From NCBI GenBank assembly GCA_041645165.1, contig JBAZQN010000005.1:19832-83831 (forward strand): DNA of 64,000 bases, in the 5' to 3' direction. Each line of letters starts with the position of its first letter. The stretch's first letter is position 1. Source of the stretch: Patescibacteria group bacterium. GTDB taxonomy: Bacteria > Patescibacteriota > Patescibacteriia > 2-02-FULL-49-11. Under the pieces are notes generated by a model that was not told the origin of the DNA, ran no database searches, and worked only from the letters and a program-made list of their open reading frames with translations. Shown in pieces: positions 48,420 to 58,407 of this stretch. A program made the position numbers and the translations under genes.

Positions 48420-50138
48420 ATGTCAGCTTCCTCATTGAAACACCACAGCCAGCTTATGACCGGTTCTCCCGGCACTGCCGACTGGCCCAAAAGGGCCGCG
48501 GCGCGGGCCATGCTAAGGGCGGTGGGTTTTAAGGATCAGGATTTTGAGAAACCCATCATCACGGTCGCCTGTCCCTACACCAACGCCACGCCGTGCAATG
48601 ACCACGTGGACAAGCTCGGGCGTGTTGTGGTTGAGGAAGTGGAAAAGATAGGCGGCAAGCCGTTTATTTTCGGCACGCCGGTGGTAAGCGACGGTGAGAG
48701 CATGGGTACGGAAGGTATGAAGTATTCGCTCGTGTCGCGCGAATGGATTGCGGACAACATAGAAATCATGCAGGAGTCATACATGGCAGACGGCGCGATT
48801 ACCTTGTCAGGATGCGATAAGACGATTCCCGGCGCGCTGATGCCTTTGGCGCGCAACAACAGCATTGGCCTCACGCTCTACGGCGGTTCGATTCACCCCG
48901 GCAGACTGGGTGATAAAGACCTCACCATTGTGAGCTCGTTCGAAGCGATTGGCGCCCATGCGGCGGGGAAGATAAGCGACGAAGAGCTCCACCAGATAGA
49001 ATGCCATTCTTGCCCCGGGGCAGGATCCTGCGGCGGCATGTTTACGGCGAATACCATGGCGTCATCCATCGAGGCGCTTGGCATGTCCATTCCCGGCTCC
49101 TCATCCAATCTCGCCGTGGACAGGCACAACCAAGTGTCTGAGGACAAGCGGAACGACTGCAAAAAAACAGTCACGGCGCTCTTTCATCTTCTTGAGCGGG
49201 GCATCCGCGTTCGTGACATCATGACTAGGCAAGCGTTTGAGAATGCCATTGTCGTGGTGATGGCGCTGGGCGGGTCTACCAACGCCGTGCTCCATTATCT
49301 AGCCCTCGCGCATGAGGCGGGCGTGGAGCTCACGCTTGATGATTTCTCGCGCGTGGCCGCGCGGGTGCCGCTCCTCGGAAATTTTTCGCCTTTTGGGAAA
49401 TATGTGATGGAAGATTTGCACAATATCGGCGGCATCCCCATGGTGATGAAACACCTCTTGCAGTACGGCCTTTTGCATGGCGATTGCATGACGGTGACTG
49501 GCAGGACCGTGGCGGAGAATCTAAAAGACGCGCCGGACTACCCCGAAGGACAGGATATAGTCGCGCGCGTGGATCAGCCGTGTGCGCCGCCGGACCACCA
49601 CATCGTTATCCTCCGCGGCAATCTCGCGCCTGAAGGGGCGGTGATGAAGCTCTCGGGGAAAGGTGTGATGGCGCACAAGGGGCCTGCGCGGATATTCGAG
49701 CGGGAAGAAGATGCGCTTGATGCGATCCTGGAAGGCAGGGTAAAAAAAGGCGACGTGATGGTTATTCGTTTCGAAGGCCCGAAAGGCGGCCCGGGCATGA
49801 GAGAAATGCTTTCTCCCTCTTCCGCGCTCATGGGTGCGGGATTGGGGAAGGAGGTCGCGCTCATCACGGACGGGCGTTTTTCCGGCGGCACGCACGGCAT
49901 CATGGTGGGGCACATCACGCCGGAAGCGCAGACAGGCGGCCCGATTGCGTTCCTCAAAGAAGGGGACATGATTGACATAGACGTCCAAAGACGAGAAATA
50001 AATGTTGAGATAAGCGAAGAGGAAATGCGCGCACGCGCAGCAGTGTGGAAAGCGCCCGCACTGAAATATCAGCGAGGGGTGCTGTGGAAATACGCCACGC
50101 TCGTGGGAAGCGCATCGAGAGGGGCCGTGACAAGTTAG
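48420..50138 (+). CDS. ilvD: Dihydroxy-acid dehydratase
   Basis: 572 aa, IlvD/EDD family ([31 protein letters not shown]). Confidence 0.95.
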   Translation: MSASSLKHHSQLMTGSPGTADWPKRAAARAMLRAVGFKDQDFEKPIITVACPYTNATPCNDHVDKLGRVVVEEVEKIGGKPFIFGTPVVSDGESMGTEGMKYSLVSREWIADNIEIMQESYMADGAITLSGCDKTIPGALMPLARNNSIGLTLYGGSIHPGRLGDKDLTIVSSFEAIGAHAAGKISDEELHQIECHSCPGAGSCGGMFTANTMASSIEALGMSIPGSSSNLAVDRHNQVSEDKRNDCKKTVTALFHLLERGIRVRDIMTRQAFENAIVVVMALGGSTNAVLHYLALAHEAGVELTLDDFSRVAARVPLLGNFSPFGKYVMEDLHNIGGIPMVMKHLLQYGLLHGDCMTVTGRTVAENLKDAPDYPEGQDIVARVDQPCAPPDHHIVILRGNLAPEGAVMKLSGKGVMAHKGPARIFEREEDALDAILEGRVKKGDVMVIRFEGPKGGPGMREMLSPSSALMGAGLGKEVALITDGRFSGGTHGIMVGHITPEAQTGGPIAFLKEGDMIDIDVQRREINVEISEEEMRARAAVWKAPALKYQRGVLWKYATLVGSASRGAVTS

Positions 50139-50199
50139 ACGTGCGTTTATTCGTTGGGAAAACACGTTTCTTTAAGATTCCAACCATATTAGTGTATTA

Positions 50200-50290
50200 T
50201 TCTGCTCGGTCGCACCCCAGTTCTTGTTGCGGAACTCGTCCCGCTCCGCGGGACTCAAACAGTCCTCACTGCGAACTGTGGCACCCCCTC
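50200..50290. repeat. Conserved ~95-nt intergenic element (copy B)
   Basis: See copy A at 17935-18030. It lies in the same orientation, immediately after the ilvD stop. Confidence 0.55.
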
Positions 50291-50324
50291 GCTTTAGGAA
50301 AAGGAGGGAAAGGAGAAAAAATGT

Positions 50325-50780
50325 ATGAACTATGTATCCGCCGAAGGAAGGCAGGGAAGGGTAATGGTAGCTCGGTTTAAGCCCGGACAGGATTTGCGTG
50401 ACGCATTGAATGCTTTTTGCCTTGAGAAGGGGATAAAAGCCGGCTATATTCCGGTACTCTTAGGAGGATTCAAGAATCTCAAGGTGAATGCGATGGCGCA
50501 AGGAGAGGAGGATGACCAACCGCGCACTGTCTTGCGCGAGTACCGCGAGCCTCTGGAATATTTCGGCTGCGGCACGGTTGCATTTGCGGACGGCAAGCCT
50601 TCGATCCATATCCACCTTACTGCGGCGCAAGGGAACCACAACGCGGTCGGAGGGCATCTCGTATCCGGAGAGATCGTCTTTCTAACAGAAGTAGTTATCG
50701 TGGAGGTTGAGGGCATTGTCATGACGCGCCAGAGTGATCCCGAAGTTTTCAATATGCCCCTTTTGCATTTTTCCCATTGA
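50325..50780 (+). CDS. PPC-domain (DUF296) protein
   Basis: GRVMVARFKPGQDL..IKAGYIPVLLGGF..HIHLTAAQGNHNAVGGHLVSGEIVFLTEVVIVE resembles the PPC/DUF296 fold. The start may be at an internal Met. Confidence 0.5.
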   Translation: MNYVSAEGRQGRVMVARFKPGQDLRDALNAFCLEKGIKAGYIPVLLGGFKNLKVNAMAQGEEDDQPRTVLREYREPLEYFGCGTVAFADGKPSIHIHLTAAQGNHNAVGGHLVSGEIVFLTEVVIVEVEGIVMTRQSDPEVFNMPLLHFSH

Positions 50781-50909
50781 TCCCGTTGATAATAAATGAG
50801 ACATGGTTTAATATGAGATGTCCTTTAATCCATAATTCAATTATTTATACAGTTTATATACAACGGGGTTGACATAAAAACCCGGCGGGAGTAGCCTTAG
50901 AATATACCT

Positions 50910-50966
50910 ATGCAAAGTACCGCAACCAATCAGATTTTTAGCGTTGTTATCCTTATCCAGCCGTGA
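50910..50966 (+). promoter_or_regulatory. Candidate ilv leader peptide MQSTATNQIFSVVILIQP (6 of 8 consecutive residues I/V/L)
   Basis: 18-codon ORF read directly. It sits 36 nt upstream of a terminator hairpin and 310 nt upstream of ilvC, which fits branched-chain-amino-acid attenuation. Confidence 0.5.
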
Positions 50967-51002
50967 GGGTGGCCGCTTGCGTATACGCAATACCGTCGCA
51001 GA

Positions 51003-51027
51003 GGCCGCCCGAAAGCGGCCATTTTTT
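51003..51027 (+). terminator. Rho-independent terminator / attenuator hairpin in the ilvC leader
   Basis: GGCCGC-CCGAAA-GCGGCC followed by ATTTTTT. Confidence 0.6.
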
Positions 51028-51276
51028 ATACCAAATAATGGATCGCAGCAATTTTAGGTTTCACGCGTATGTACGCAGAAGCCGTCCGCGTCACCTTTAG
51101 TAATATTTGGCGTTTAGTGCGTATGCGGACGGACGCAGACCCGCCTGCCTACGCCTATGGTCGGGTACGAACGAGAGTAAGGTTATGCATCTAAAGTCAC
51201 AGGTGTATCTCATTCATGAATAGAGGCTATGGCGGGCAGGTCAACGCAGATATGTATTATTTTTTATTTTACTACT

Positions 51277-52326
51277 ATGAAGATTGATTTCGGCGGCGTT
51301 ACGGAAGACGTTGTGACCAGGGATGAATTCCCTTTATCGCGCGCGCAGGAAGCATTAAAGGATGAGACCATCGCGGTGCTTGGCTACGGCGTGCAAGGGC
51401 CGGGGCAATCCCTCAATATGCGCGATCAAGGCTTTCGCGTCATTGTGGGCCAGCGGAAGGGTACGGATTCGTGGGATAAGGCGGTGAATGATGGATGGAA
51501 GCCGGGTGAAACGTTGTTTGAGTTGGACGAGGCCGCTGCGCGCGGCACCATTATCCAATATTTGCTCTCTGACGCGGGGCAGAAGCAGTACTGGCCTGCC
51601 TTGAAGCCGCATCTTACGAAGGGTAAGGCGCTCTGTTTTTCGCATGGATTTTCCATTGTGTACAAAGACCAGACCCGCGTGGTGCCGCCCGCCTGTGTGG
51701 ATGTCATTCTGGTCGCGCCAAAAGGGTCAGGTACGTCCGTGCGCAGGAATTTTTTAAAAGGCAGCGGGATAAACGCGAGCTTTGCGGTGTTTCAGGATGC
51801 GACAGGCCATGCGCGCGACCGCGCGATTGCCTGCGGTATTGCAGTCGGTTCCGGTTTTCTCTTCCCCACCACGTTTGAGAACGAGGTATGGAGCGACTTG
51901 ACCGGCGAGCGGGGTGTGCTCATGGGTGCGCTTGCGGGCATTATGGAGGCGCAGTACAACCTCCTCCGCGCCAAGGGTCATTCGCCCTCTGAAGCGTTCA
52001 ATGAAACCGTGGAAGAAGCTACACAAAGCCTCATCCCTTTGATTGCAGAAAAAGGTATGGACTGGATGTATGCAAACTGTTCGACGACTGCCCAGCGCGG
52101 CGCGCTTGACTGGCGGCATAAGTTCCGCAAGGCAGTGGAGCCGGTGTTCGAAGAGCTCTACAAAAGAGTGAAAGAAGGGAAGGAAACGGAAATCGTGCTT
52201 AAGGCAAACAGCGATCCGCACTACCGCGAGAATTTGAAGAAAGAATTGGACGAAATGAAAAATTCCGAAATGTGGCAAGCAGGCGCGGCGGTGCGCGGAT
52301 TGCGTCCCGAAAACTGGAAAAAGTAG
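51277..52326 (+). CDS. ilvC: Ketol-acid reductoisomerase (class I)
   Basis: IAVLGYGVQGPGQSLNMRDQGF Rossmann N-terminus and a KARI C-terminal knotted domain. The start is set at MKIDFGG (the ORF track begins 48 nt upstream). Confidence 0.9.
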   Translation: MKIDFGGVTEDVVTRDEFPLSRAQEALKDETIAVLGYGVQGPGQSLNMRDQGFRVIVGQRKGTDSWDKAVNDGWKPGETLFELDEAAARGTIIQYLLSDAGQKQYWPALKPHLTKGKALCFSHGFSIVYKDQTRVVPPACVDVILVAPKGSGTSVRRNFLKGSGINASFAVFQDATGHARDRAIACGIAVGSGFLFPTTFENEVWSDLTGERGVLMGALAGIMEAQYNLLRAKGHSPSEAFNETVEEATQSLIPLIAEKGMDWMYANCSTTAQRGALDWRHKFRKAVEPVFEELYKRVKEGKETEIVLKANSDPHYRENLKKELDEMKNSEMWQAGAAVRGLRPENWKK

Positions 52327-52383
52327 AAGCCAGTGTACGCCATCACTATGCCAGTATACGCCGCTTAGTGAGGAGTTTAATTT

Positions 52384-52743
52384 ATGAATAACCACATAAA
52401 ACCCATCGGCCCATATTCAACCGCACGGCGTGCAGGCGATCTCCTTTTCTGTTCCGGACAGATCGGGATTGATGGGTCAGGTGCGCTCGTCGCCGGCGGT
52501 ATTGCGTCGGAGACGCGGCAGGCGTTTGAAAATCTTAAAGAGGCGCTGCGCGAGGAAGGCTTCACTCTTCAGGACGTGGTGAAGGCCACCGTATACCTGA
52601 AGGATATGAACGAGTTTGCGGCGATGAACGCGGTGTATCAGGAATATTTTAATCCTCCGTATCCAGCGCGCGCGACCATACAGGTCGCGGCGCTTCCGAA
52701 AGGCGCGTGTATAGAAATTGAAGCAGTGGCAGTAAAGGGTTAG
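52384..52743 (+). CDS. ridA: RidA/YjgF-family reactive-intermediate (enamine/imine) deaminase
   Basis: 119 aa, PIGPYSTARRAGDLLFCSGQIG...ATVYLKDMNEF..R..A..A. Confidence 0.85.
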   Translation: MNNHIKPIGPYSTARRAGDLLFCSGQIGIDGSGALVAGGIASETRQAFENLKEALREEGFTLQDVVKATVYLKDMNEFAAMNAVYQEYFNPPYPARATIQVAALPKGACIEIEAVAVKG

Positions 52744-52761
52744 GTAATAAAATCATTCATT

Positions 52762-54516
52762 ATGTTATTAACAGGAGGCGAGATATTACTCAAAACTTTA
52801 GTAGACCTCGGCGTCGACGTGATGTGGGGCATGCCTGGGGGCGTGGTGCTGCCCTTGTATGACCATTTTGCGAAATACCCACAGCTTAAACACATCCTTA
52901 TCCGCCATGAACAAGGAGGGGCGTTTGCCGCCGATGGTTATGCGCGGGTGACCGGGAACGTGGGGGTATGCTTGGGCACCTCGGGTCCGGGATCCACAAA
53001 CCTTGTAACAGGGATTGCGGGCGCGTTCATGGATTCCATTCCTTTGCTCGCAATCACCGGGCAGGTTGCCTCGCCTCTGATCGGTTCTGACGCGTTTCAA
53101 GAGGTGGATTCCATAGGCATTACGGTGTCGATCGTGAAACACAGCTTTTTGGCGCAAAGGGCGGAAGACGTGGCAGACATAATCACGACCGCCTATTATC
53201 TTGCCGGGTCCGGCCGCCCAGGGCCGGTGCATGTGGATGTGACTAAGGATGCGCTCATGAACAAAGTTGAGTACCAAAAGGGAATAGTTTTAGCGCTGCC
53301 GGGTTACCGCATCCCGCATATGGACGATCCCGAGATGCGCTCAGCGGTGAAACAGCTTGAAACATTATTAGAAAATCCTGATGCGCGCCCCTTAATCCTT
53401 GCTGGGCACGGGGTGGAGCTTGGCGGGGCGGAAAAGGAACTCTTGGCATTTGCGGAAAAATTGCAGATTCCAGTGGCCAATACGCTCTTGGGAACAGGCG
53501 TATTTCCGCAAGGGCATCCTCTGTATCTGGGATCGGTGGGCATGCACGGCACGGCGCTTGCGAACAAGACGCTGGCAGAATCAAATGTAGTGATCGGCAT
53601 AGGGATGCGCTGGGACGACCGCGTGACAGGCGATTTGAAAAGCTTCAAGAGCGGCAGGCAATTTGTCCATTTCGAGATAGACCCGTCCGAGGTTGGCAAA
53701 ATTATAACTCCCGCAGTAGCTTTCATGGGCAACGTGAAGGATACGCTCTCATCCGCCGTGAGGGAGATGCAAACGCGCGCGTGGCCGAAGTGGCGGCGCT
53801 CCATTGAAGAGTGGAAAGCCGCTTGGCCGCCATTCGCCCTTCCTTATCCGCAAGCTGAAGACGGTCCCATTTCCCAGCCGTGGGCGATCAGCCTGCTTTC
53901 GGAAATGACAAAGGGCGAAGACATCGTGGCATCAGACGTAGGCCGCCATCAGATGTGGGTGATGCGCTATTACCGGTTCCGCCATTCGCACTCGCACATT
54001 TCGCACGGAGGCTTAGGCGCGATGGGATTCGGCGTGCCCGCGGCCATGGGCGCGAAATTTGGCGCGCCGGGGAGGCGCGTGTGGGCAGTGAGCGGCGACG
54101 GCAGCTTTCAGATCAATATCCAAGAACTCGCGACGATTGCGGAAAACAAAGTCGAGGTAAAAATGGTGCTGATGAACGACGGATCGCTGGGTATGGTGCG
54201 GCAGTGGCAGGAGCTTTTCTACGGCTCGAACCTTTCTGCAAGCACTTTTTCAGGGAATCCCGATTTCGTGCGCGTGGCAGAAGCGTATGCCATTCCCGCG
54301 CGGCGCGTGGAGAAAGCTGCGGATTTGCGGCAGGCGTTTGAGTGGGCTATGCAGACTCCCGGGCCGGTCCTTGTTGAGGTGCGGGTTGACCCGCAGGAGC
54401 ACGTCTACCCCATGGTGCCGGCAGGCAAGGGAGTGCATGAGCAGATCATTGTTGACCCTCGACGGGCATTACATGCGGAATCGCACTTGAAATTAAGCGC
54501 GTCAACGAGCGATTAA
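52762..54516 (+). CDS. ilvB: Acetolactate synthase large subunit
   Basis: 584 aa ThDP enzyme (GGAFAADGYARVTG.., GSDAFQEVD, the ThDP-binding GDGSF...N...LG motif). Confidence 0.9.
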   Translation: MLLTGGEILLKTLVDLGVDVMWGMPGGVVLPLYDHFAKYPQLKHILIRHEQGGAFAADGYARVTGNVGVCLGTSGPGSTNLVTGIAGAFMDSIPLLAITGQVASPLIGSDAFQEVDSIGITVSIVKHSFLAQRAEDVADIITTAYYLAGSGRPGPVHVDVTKDALMNKVEYQKGIVLALPGYRIPHMDDPEMRSAVKQLETLLENPDARPLILAGHGVELGGAEKELLAFAEKLQIPVANTLLGTGVFPQGHPLYLGSVGMHGTALANKTLAESNVVIGIGMRWDDRVTGDLKSFKSGRQFVHFEIDPSEVGKIITPAVAFMGNVKDTLSSAVREMQTRAWPKWRRSIEEWKAAWPPFALPYPQAEDGPISQPWAISLLSEMTKGEDIVASDVGRHQMWVMRYYRFRHSHSHISHGGLGAMGFGVPAAMGAKFGAPGRRVWAVSGDGSFQINIQELATIAENKVEVKMVLMNDGSLGMVRQWQELFYGSNLSASTFSGNPDFVRVAEAYAIPARRVEKAADLRQAFEWAMQTPGPVLVEVRVDPQEHVYPMVPAGKGVHEQIIVDPRRALHAESHLKLSASTSD

Positions 54517-54680
54517 ATTAAAATACAAATCTCAAAATGTCACCGCTTTGCGGGATCCCGCTTACCATTGAATACCATCATTAAGGTGCGGGACAGAATG
54601 ACAAACCAAAATTTATAAATTTTACATTTTCATTTTGATTTTTGATATTTGATTTTTGCATTATTTGAATAAGTAAAGTT

Positions 54681-54938
54681 ATGCAATACAATGAGTTCCA
54701 TTTCAAGATTACCCTCGAAGCCATGAATCACGTGGGCGTGATGACGCGCATAACAAATGTGCTGCGAAAGTTCAGCCTGAATATTTATGAATTCAGCGGC
54801 AAGACGCACCCCGAAGACCCAGAGCGCTTTACAATGTATCTTTGGGTAGCAGGCCCCAGAGAAAACTGCGATTATATTTTCAAGAAATTGGAAAAGATTA
54901 TCGATGTGGTGAAGATTGAGTGGAAGGGAGTGAAGTAA
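54681..54938 (+). CDS. ilvN: Acetolactate synthase small (regulatory) subunit, short ACT-only form
   Basis: 85-aa ACT-like domain (NHVGVMTRITNVLRKFSLNIYEFS) immediately after ilvB. Confidence 0.55.
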   Translation: MQYNEFHFKITLEAMNHVGVMTRITNVLRKFSLNIYEFSGKTHPEDPERFTMYLWVAGPRENCDYIFKKLEKIIDVVKIEWKGVK

Positions 54939-55055
54939 ATATGATACCAATATACGAATGTATTCGAATGATGCGAATCACTGCGAATTCGTAGGTATTA
55001 GCCTGCCTGCGCAGGCAGGTATCATTAGTATTAATTAGTTGATTAGTATCATACT

Positions 55056-56246
55056 ATGTTGAAACCCATTCGACCTTTTAGTAAGCGCATAACTAAAATT
55101 GAAGTGTCCGCCATCAAGCAGATGGCGCTGAAGGCTACGGAATACAAGAACGTGGTATCGTTCGGCTGGGGCGTGCCGTCGTTTCGGACAAAAGAGGAGA
55201 TACGGGACGCGGTGCGTGACGCGTTTCAGAATGATCCTCATCTGGATAAATATGCGCCCGTGTCGGGACTTACCAGCTTGCGCGAAAAGATCGCGCGCAC
55301 CTGGCCGAAGCGCTATGGGTTTGAGATCTCGCCAAAAGAAGTGCTCGTGTCTGCGGGCGCTATGGAGGCGATGATGGGATTGATGATGGTGCTTTTCGAT
55401 CCCGGAGACGAGGTGCTCGTGATGGACCCGGGATTCGCGTCGCACATCGAAGAAATGGAAGTGACCGGCCTTGTTCCTTCTTATGTCCATCTGGACGAAT
55501 CAAAGGGATGGGGATTGACGGAGCGCGCGCTTGAGAAAGCAATTTCCAAAAAAAGCAGAGGGATTATCATTATCAATCCCAACAATCCCACCGGCCATGT
55601 ATATGCGCGTGCAGATATTGAGTTAATAGCGCGTTTCGCCGTGCAGCACCATTTGTGGCTTATCGTAGATGAACCTTACGAATACCTGGTATTCGACGGG
55701 AAAAAATTATTCCATCCCCTGCTGATCCCAGAAGCGCGGAATAATGTGATTGCGGTGCACTCTTTTTCCAAGAAATTCGCCATGACCGGCTGGCGCGTGG
55801 GATACTTCGTGGGATCGGAGGAGTTGGTAAAAGAATTCATGAAATTCCACGACAATACGATTGTGAGTGCACCGCGCATTTCCCAAATCGCAGCGCTCGC
55901 CGCGCTAGATATCCCGGACAGCGCGTTTGCGGATGAATTAAAAGAAATGCACGCGCGCAGAGACCTGATCTGCCAATGGCTCGACAGGATGCCGGATCTC
56001 TTCACCTATGTGCGCCCCACTGGCGCGTATTACATTTTTCCGAAAATAATCGCGCCGGGGTTGGATGACGTGACGCTCGCGGAACGCCTCCTGAATGAGG
56101 TGCAGGTCGTGACCACGCCGGGCTCTGCTTTCGGGCCTGTGGGCCAAAATCACCTGCGTCTCACTTTCAGCGGCACGAGAGAAGAAATCAGTGAAGGGAT
56201 GGAGAGGATATCAAAATGGTGGGAAGCGGAAAAAAAGAGAAAATAA
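55056..56246 (+). CDS. Class I/II PLP-dependent aminotransferase (aspartate/aromatic family)
   Basis: NPNNPTGHVY and the PLP-Lys motif SFSKKFAMTGWRVGY. Confidence 0.8.
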   Translation: MLKPIRPFSKRITKIEVSAIKQMALKATEYKNVVSFGWGVPSFRTKEEIRDAVRDAFQNDPHLDKYAPVSGLTSLREKIARTWPKRYGFEISPKEVLVSAGAMEAMMGLMMVLFDPGDEVLVMDPGFASHIEEMEVTGLVPSYVHLDESKGWGLTERALEKAISKKSRGIIIINPNNPTGHVYARADIELIARFAVQHHLWLIVDEPYEYLVFDGKKLFHPLLIPEARNNVIAVHSFSKKFAMTGWRVGYFVGSEELVKEFMKFHDNTIVSAPRISQIAALAALDIPDSAFADELKEMHARRDLICQWLDRMPDLFTYVRPTGAYYIFPKIIAPGLDDVTLAERLLNEVQVVTTPGSAFGPVGQNHLRLTFSGTREEISEGMERISKWWEAEKKRK

Positions 56247-56271
56247 AACGGATTTACGCGGATTATACTCA

Positions 56272-56474
56272 ATTGCTATTCAATTCCGATTCCATCGTCA
56301 TCCCCGCCCCGTATCAAGGTACGGGGCAAGCTCCAGCGGGAATCCAGACGCCGTCCTCGACCGAGATCGGGGAAAACCAAAAGAAAATTGATCTTTTTGT
56401 TTGTTTTATGTCTGGATTCCAGATCCCGGTCTGGAATGACAATCGGAATTGGGTTGGCAAATTAGTATATTATA
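56272..56474 (+). mobile_element. MITE-like repeat, copy 5 (subfamily A)
   Basis: About 90% identical to copies 1 and 2. It lies between the convergent aminotransferase and leuB genes. Confidence 0.8.
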
Positions 56475-57558
56475 CAGATATACGCGGAAATTGAGATACG
56501 ATCAAATCACCCATCGTTTTCGTTCCTACAATTTTATCGTCCGTGGTGGTGGTATCTTTGATATCAAAGGTACGATATCCGCTCTCTAACACCGACGACA
56601 CGGCGCGCCATACGGCATCCGATTCTGTTTTGAGGCCGAACGCGTACTCAAGCAGCATTGCGCCGGAAAGGATGGAGGCGATCGGGTTTGCGATGCCCTT
56701 CCCGGCGATATCCGGCGCCGATCCGTGGATAGGCTCAAATAAACCCACACCCGGCCCAAGGCTCGCGGACGCGAGCAGGCCAAGACTTCCCGCAATTTGC
56801 GATGCTTCGTCGGTCAGGATGTCGCCGAACATGTTTTCCGTGAGGACCACGTCGAATTGGCGCGGATTTTTTATTAATTGCATGGCGGCGTTATCCACAT
56901 ACATATGCGTGAGCGCGACGTCGGAGTAATCGCGCGCAACTTCGTTCACGGTCTCCCGCCAGAGGCGGGAACATTCCAGGACGTTTGCCTTGTCTACGGA
57001 ACGGAGCGTTTTTTTCCTTCTGCGCGCCGCCTCAAACGCCATGCGGGCGATCCGCACGACGGCATCTTTGGTATAGCGCATGGTATCCCATGCTTCGTCC
57101 CGCGCCACGTTTCTGCCCCGCGGCTCTCCAAAGTAAATGCCGCCGACCAGTTCCCTGAAAAATACGATATCCGCGCCTTCAAGGACCTCCTGTTTCAATG
57201 AAGAAGCGTCGAGGAGTGGAGAGAAGAGCCTGATTGGGCGGATATTTGCGAACAAATCAAAATCTTTGCGGATTTTCAAGAGTCCCTGTTCCGGTCTCAC
57301 CGTGGCATGCGGGTCCTGGTCGTATTTCGGCAAGCCCACCGCGCCGAGCAAAATCGCGTCTGTGTCCTTGGCAGCTTCAATGGTTTTTGGCGGCAGGGGA
57401 TCGCCTGTCGCGTCGATTGCCGCAGCACCAATCAACTCATGACGAAAATGGAAATCGTGTCCGAATTTTTCCGCGACCGCTTTCAGCATCTTGACGGTTT
57501 CTGCGGTCACCTCCGGTCCTATGCCGTCACCCGGTAAAACTAAGATATTTTTATACAT
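56470..57558 (-). CDS. leuB: 3-isopropylmalate dehydrogenase
   Basis: ILVLPGDGIGPEV...NLFANIRP..; start set at MYKNILVL (the ORF track extends 60 nt upstream). Confidence 0.9.
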   Translation of the reverse strand: MYKNILVLPGDGIGPEVTAETVKMLKAVAEKFGHDFHFRHELIGAAAIDATGDPLPPKTIEAAKDTDAILLGAVGLPKYDQDPHATVRPEQGLLKIRKDFDLFANIRPIRLFSPLLDASSLKQEVLEGADIVFFRELVGGIYFGEPRGRNVARDEAWDTMRYTKDAVVRIARMAFEAARRRKKTLRSVDKANVLECSRLWRETVNEVARDYSDVALTHMYVDNAAMQLIKNPRQFDVVLTENMFGDILTDEASQIAGSLGLLASASLGPGVGLFEPIHGSAPDIAGKGIANPIASILSGAMLLEYAFGLKTESDAVWRAVSSVLESGYRTFDIKDTTTTDDKIVGTKTMGDLIVSQFPRISV

Positions 57559-57590
57559 ATCAATACGCATCAATGAGATTTTTTCACATT

Positions 57591-57661
57591 GTAGCGTGGT
57601 AGCTTGTCTACCACTCACGATGTCTTATTGTCGGAGGCAAGCTCCGACGCTACTATTCTTG
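57591..57661 (-). repeat. Structured hairpin repeat (GTAGCGTGG...ACGCTAC), copy 1, leuD-leuB intergenic
   Basis: gtagcgtggtagcttgtctaccac...gcaagctccgacgctac is homologous to 61158-61245. It has nested inverted repeats with a long-range closing stem. Confidence 0.55.
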
Positions 57662-58405
57662 TGACTGTCGTTGCTCGAACGCAGCAATCTCCGGCTCAAA
57701 TTTAAGAATATATCCAATCTCATCTACCCCGTCGCGGAGACATGCTTTCACGAACGGATCAATCTCAAAGCGGTAGTCCTTGCCTTTCCAACTCACGGTT
57801 TGCCGTTCTAGGTCAAGGTGCGCTTCTTCTTGCGGACTACCTGCGGCATCTTTATGCATTTGGTCCACGGCCACTTCAGGCAATGAAACGGGAAGAAGGC
57901 CGTTTTTATAGCAGTTATTTTTAAAAATATCGCCGAAGGTAATCGCAATCACGGCCTTGAACCCGTATTCAGAAAGCGCCCAGACCGCATGTTCGCGGGA
58001 AGAGCCGCTGCCAAAATCCCTATGCGCGAGCAATATCCTTGCATTTTTATCCGCCTCCGCAGGAAAACCGCGGGCGTCAGCCCGCGGATGAATGCGGGAC
58101 TGCGGATCCGCCGAAGCCTTGCGCGAAGGCGGCAGGACTGCTACGGCGGATTCCGCCTGATCTCCCTTGAGAGAGATACCGTGGGCGTGAGCCCGCGGAG
58201 TTTCATACAGGGGATTATTGAGAGGAAATTCCGGCCCTGCCTCGCCCTGCGGATTAAACCGCAAATCACGGAATAGATTTTCCCCATAGCCTTCCTTTCC
58301 GGTTGCGATCAAAAACCGCGCGGGTATGATCTGGTCAGTGTCCACGTCGTCCATCAGCAGAGGAACGAGGAGCGAAGAAAAATTTTTGAATGGAGCCTGT
58401 GACAT
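57653..58405 (-). CDS. leuD: 3-isopropylmalate dehydratase small subunit carrying a ~49-aa palindrome-derived in-frame insertion
   Basis: LVPLLMDDVDTDQIIP..and ..ILLAHRDFGSGSSREHAVWAL match LeuD. Relative to E. coli LeuD, the segment RAHAHGISLKGDQAESAVAVLPPSRKASADPQSRIHPRADARGFPAEADK is inserted, encoded by GC-palindromic DNA (ccgcgggcgtcagcccgcgg / ccgtgggcgtgagcccgcgg / ccgccgaagc..gcgaaggcgg). Confidence 0.85.
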   Translation of the reverse strand: MSQAPFKNFSSLLVPLLMDDVDTDQIIPARFLIATGKEGYGENLFRDLRFNPQGEAGPEFPLNNPLYETPRAHAHGISLKGDQAESAVAVLPPSRKASADPQSRIHPRADARGFPAEADKNARILLAHRDFGSGSSREHAVWALSEYGFKAVIAITFGDIFKNNCYKNGLLPVSLPEVAVDQMHKDAAGSPQEEAHLDLERQTVSWKGKDYRFEIDPFVKACLRDGVDEIGYILKFEPEIAAFEQRQSQE

Positions 58406-58407
58406 AT

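Noticed and set aside
47546-48511. Minus-strand 321-aa ORF overlapping ilvE.
   Set aside because: Antisense to a clear IlvE homolog, with Arg/Ala-rich shadow composition.
50940-50985. Possible T-box riboswitch upstream of ilvC (GAGGGTGGCCGC resembles the T-box AGGGUGGNACCGCG).
   Set aside because: The match is partial, with no specifier loop or stem I features found. The region is better explained by the leader peptide plus terminator, and the flanking sequence belongs to a dispersed repeat also seen at 23180-23260.
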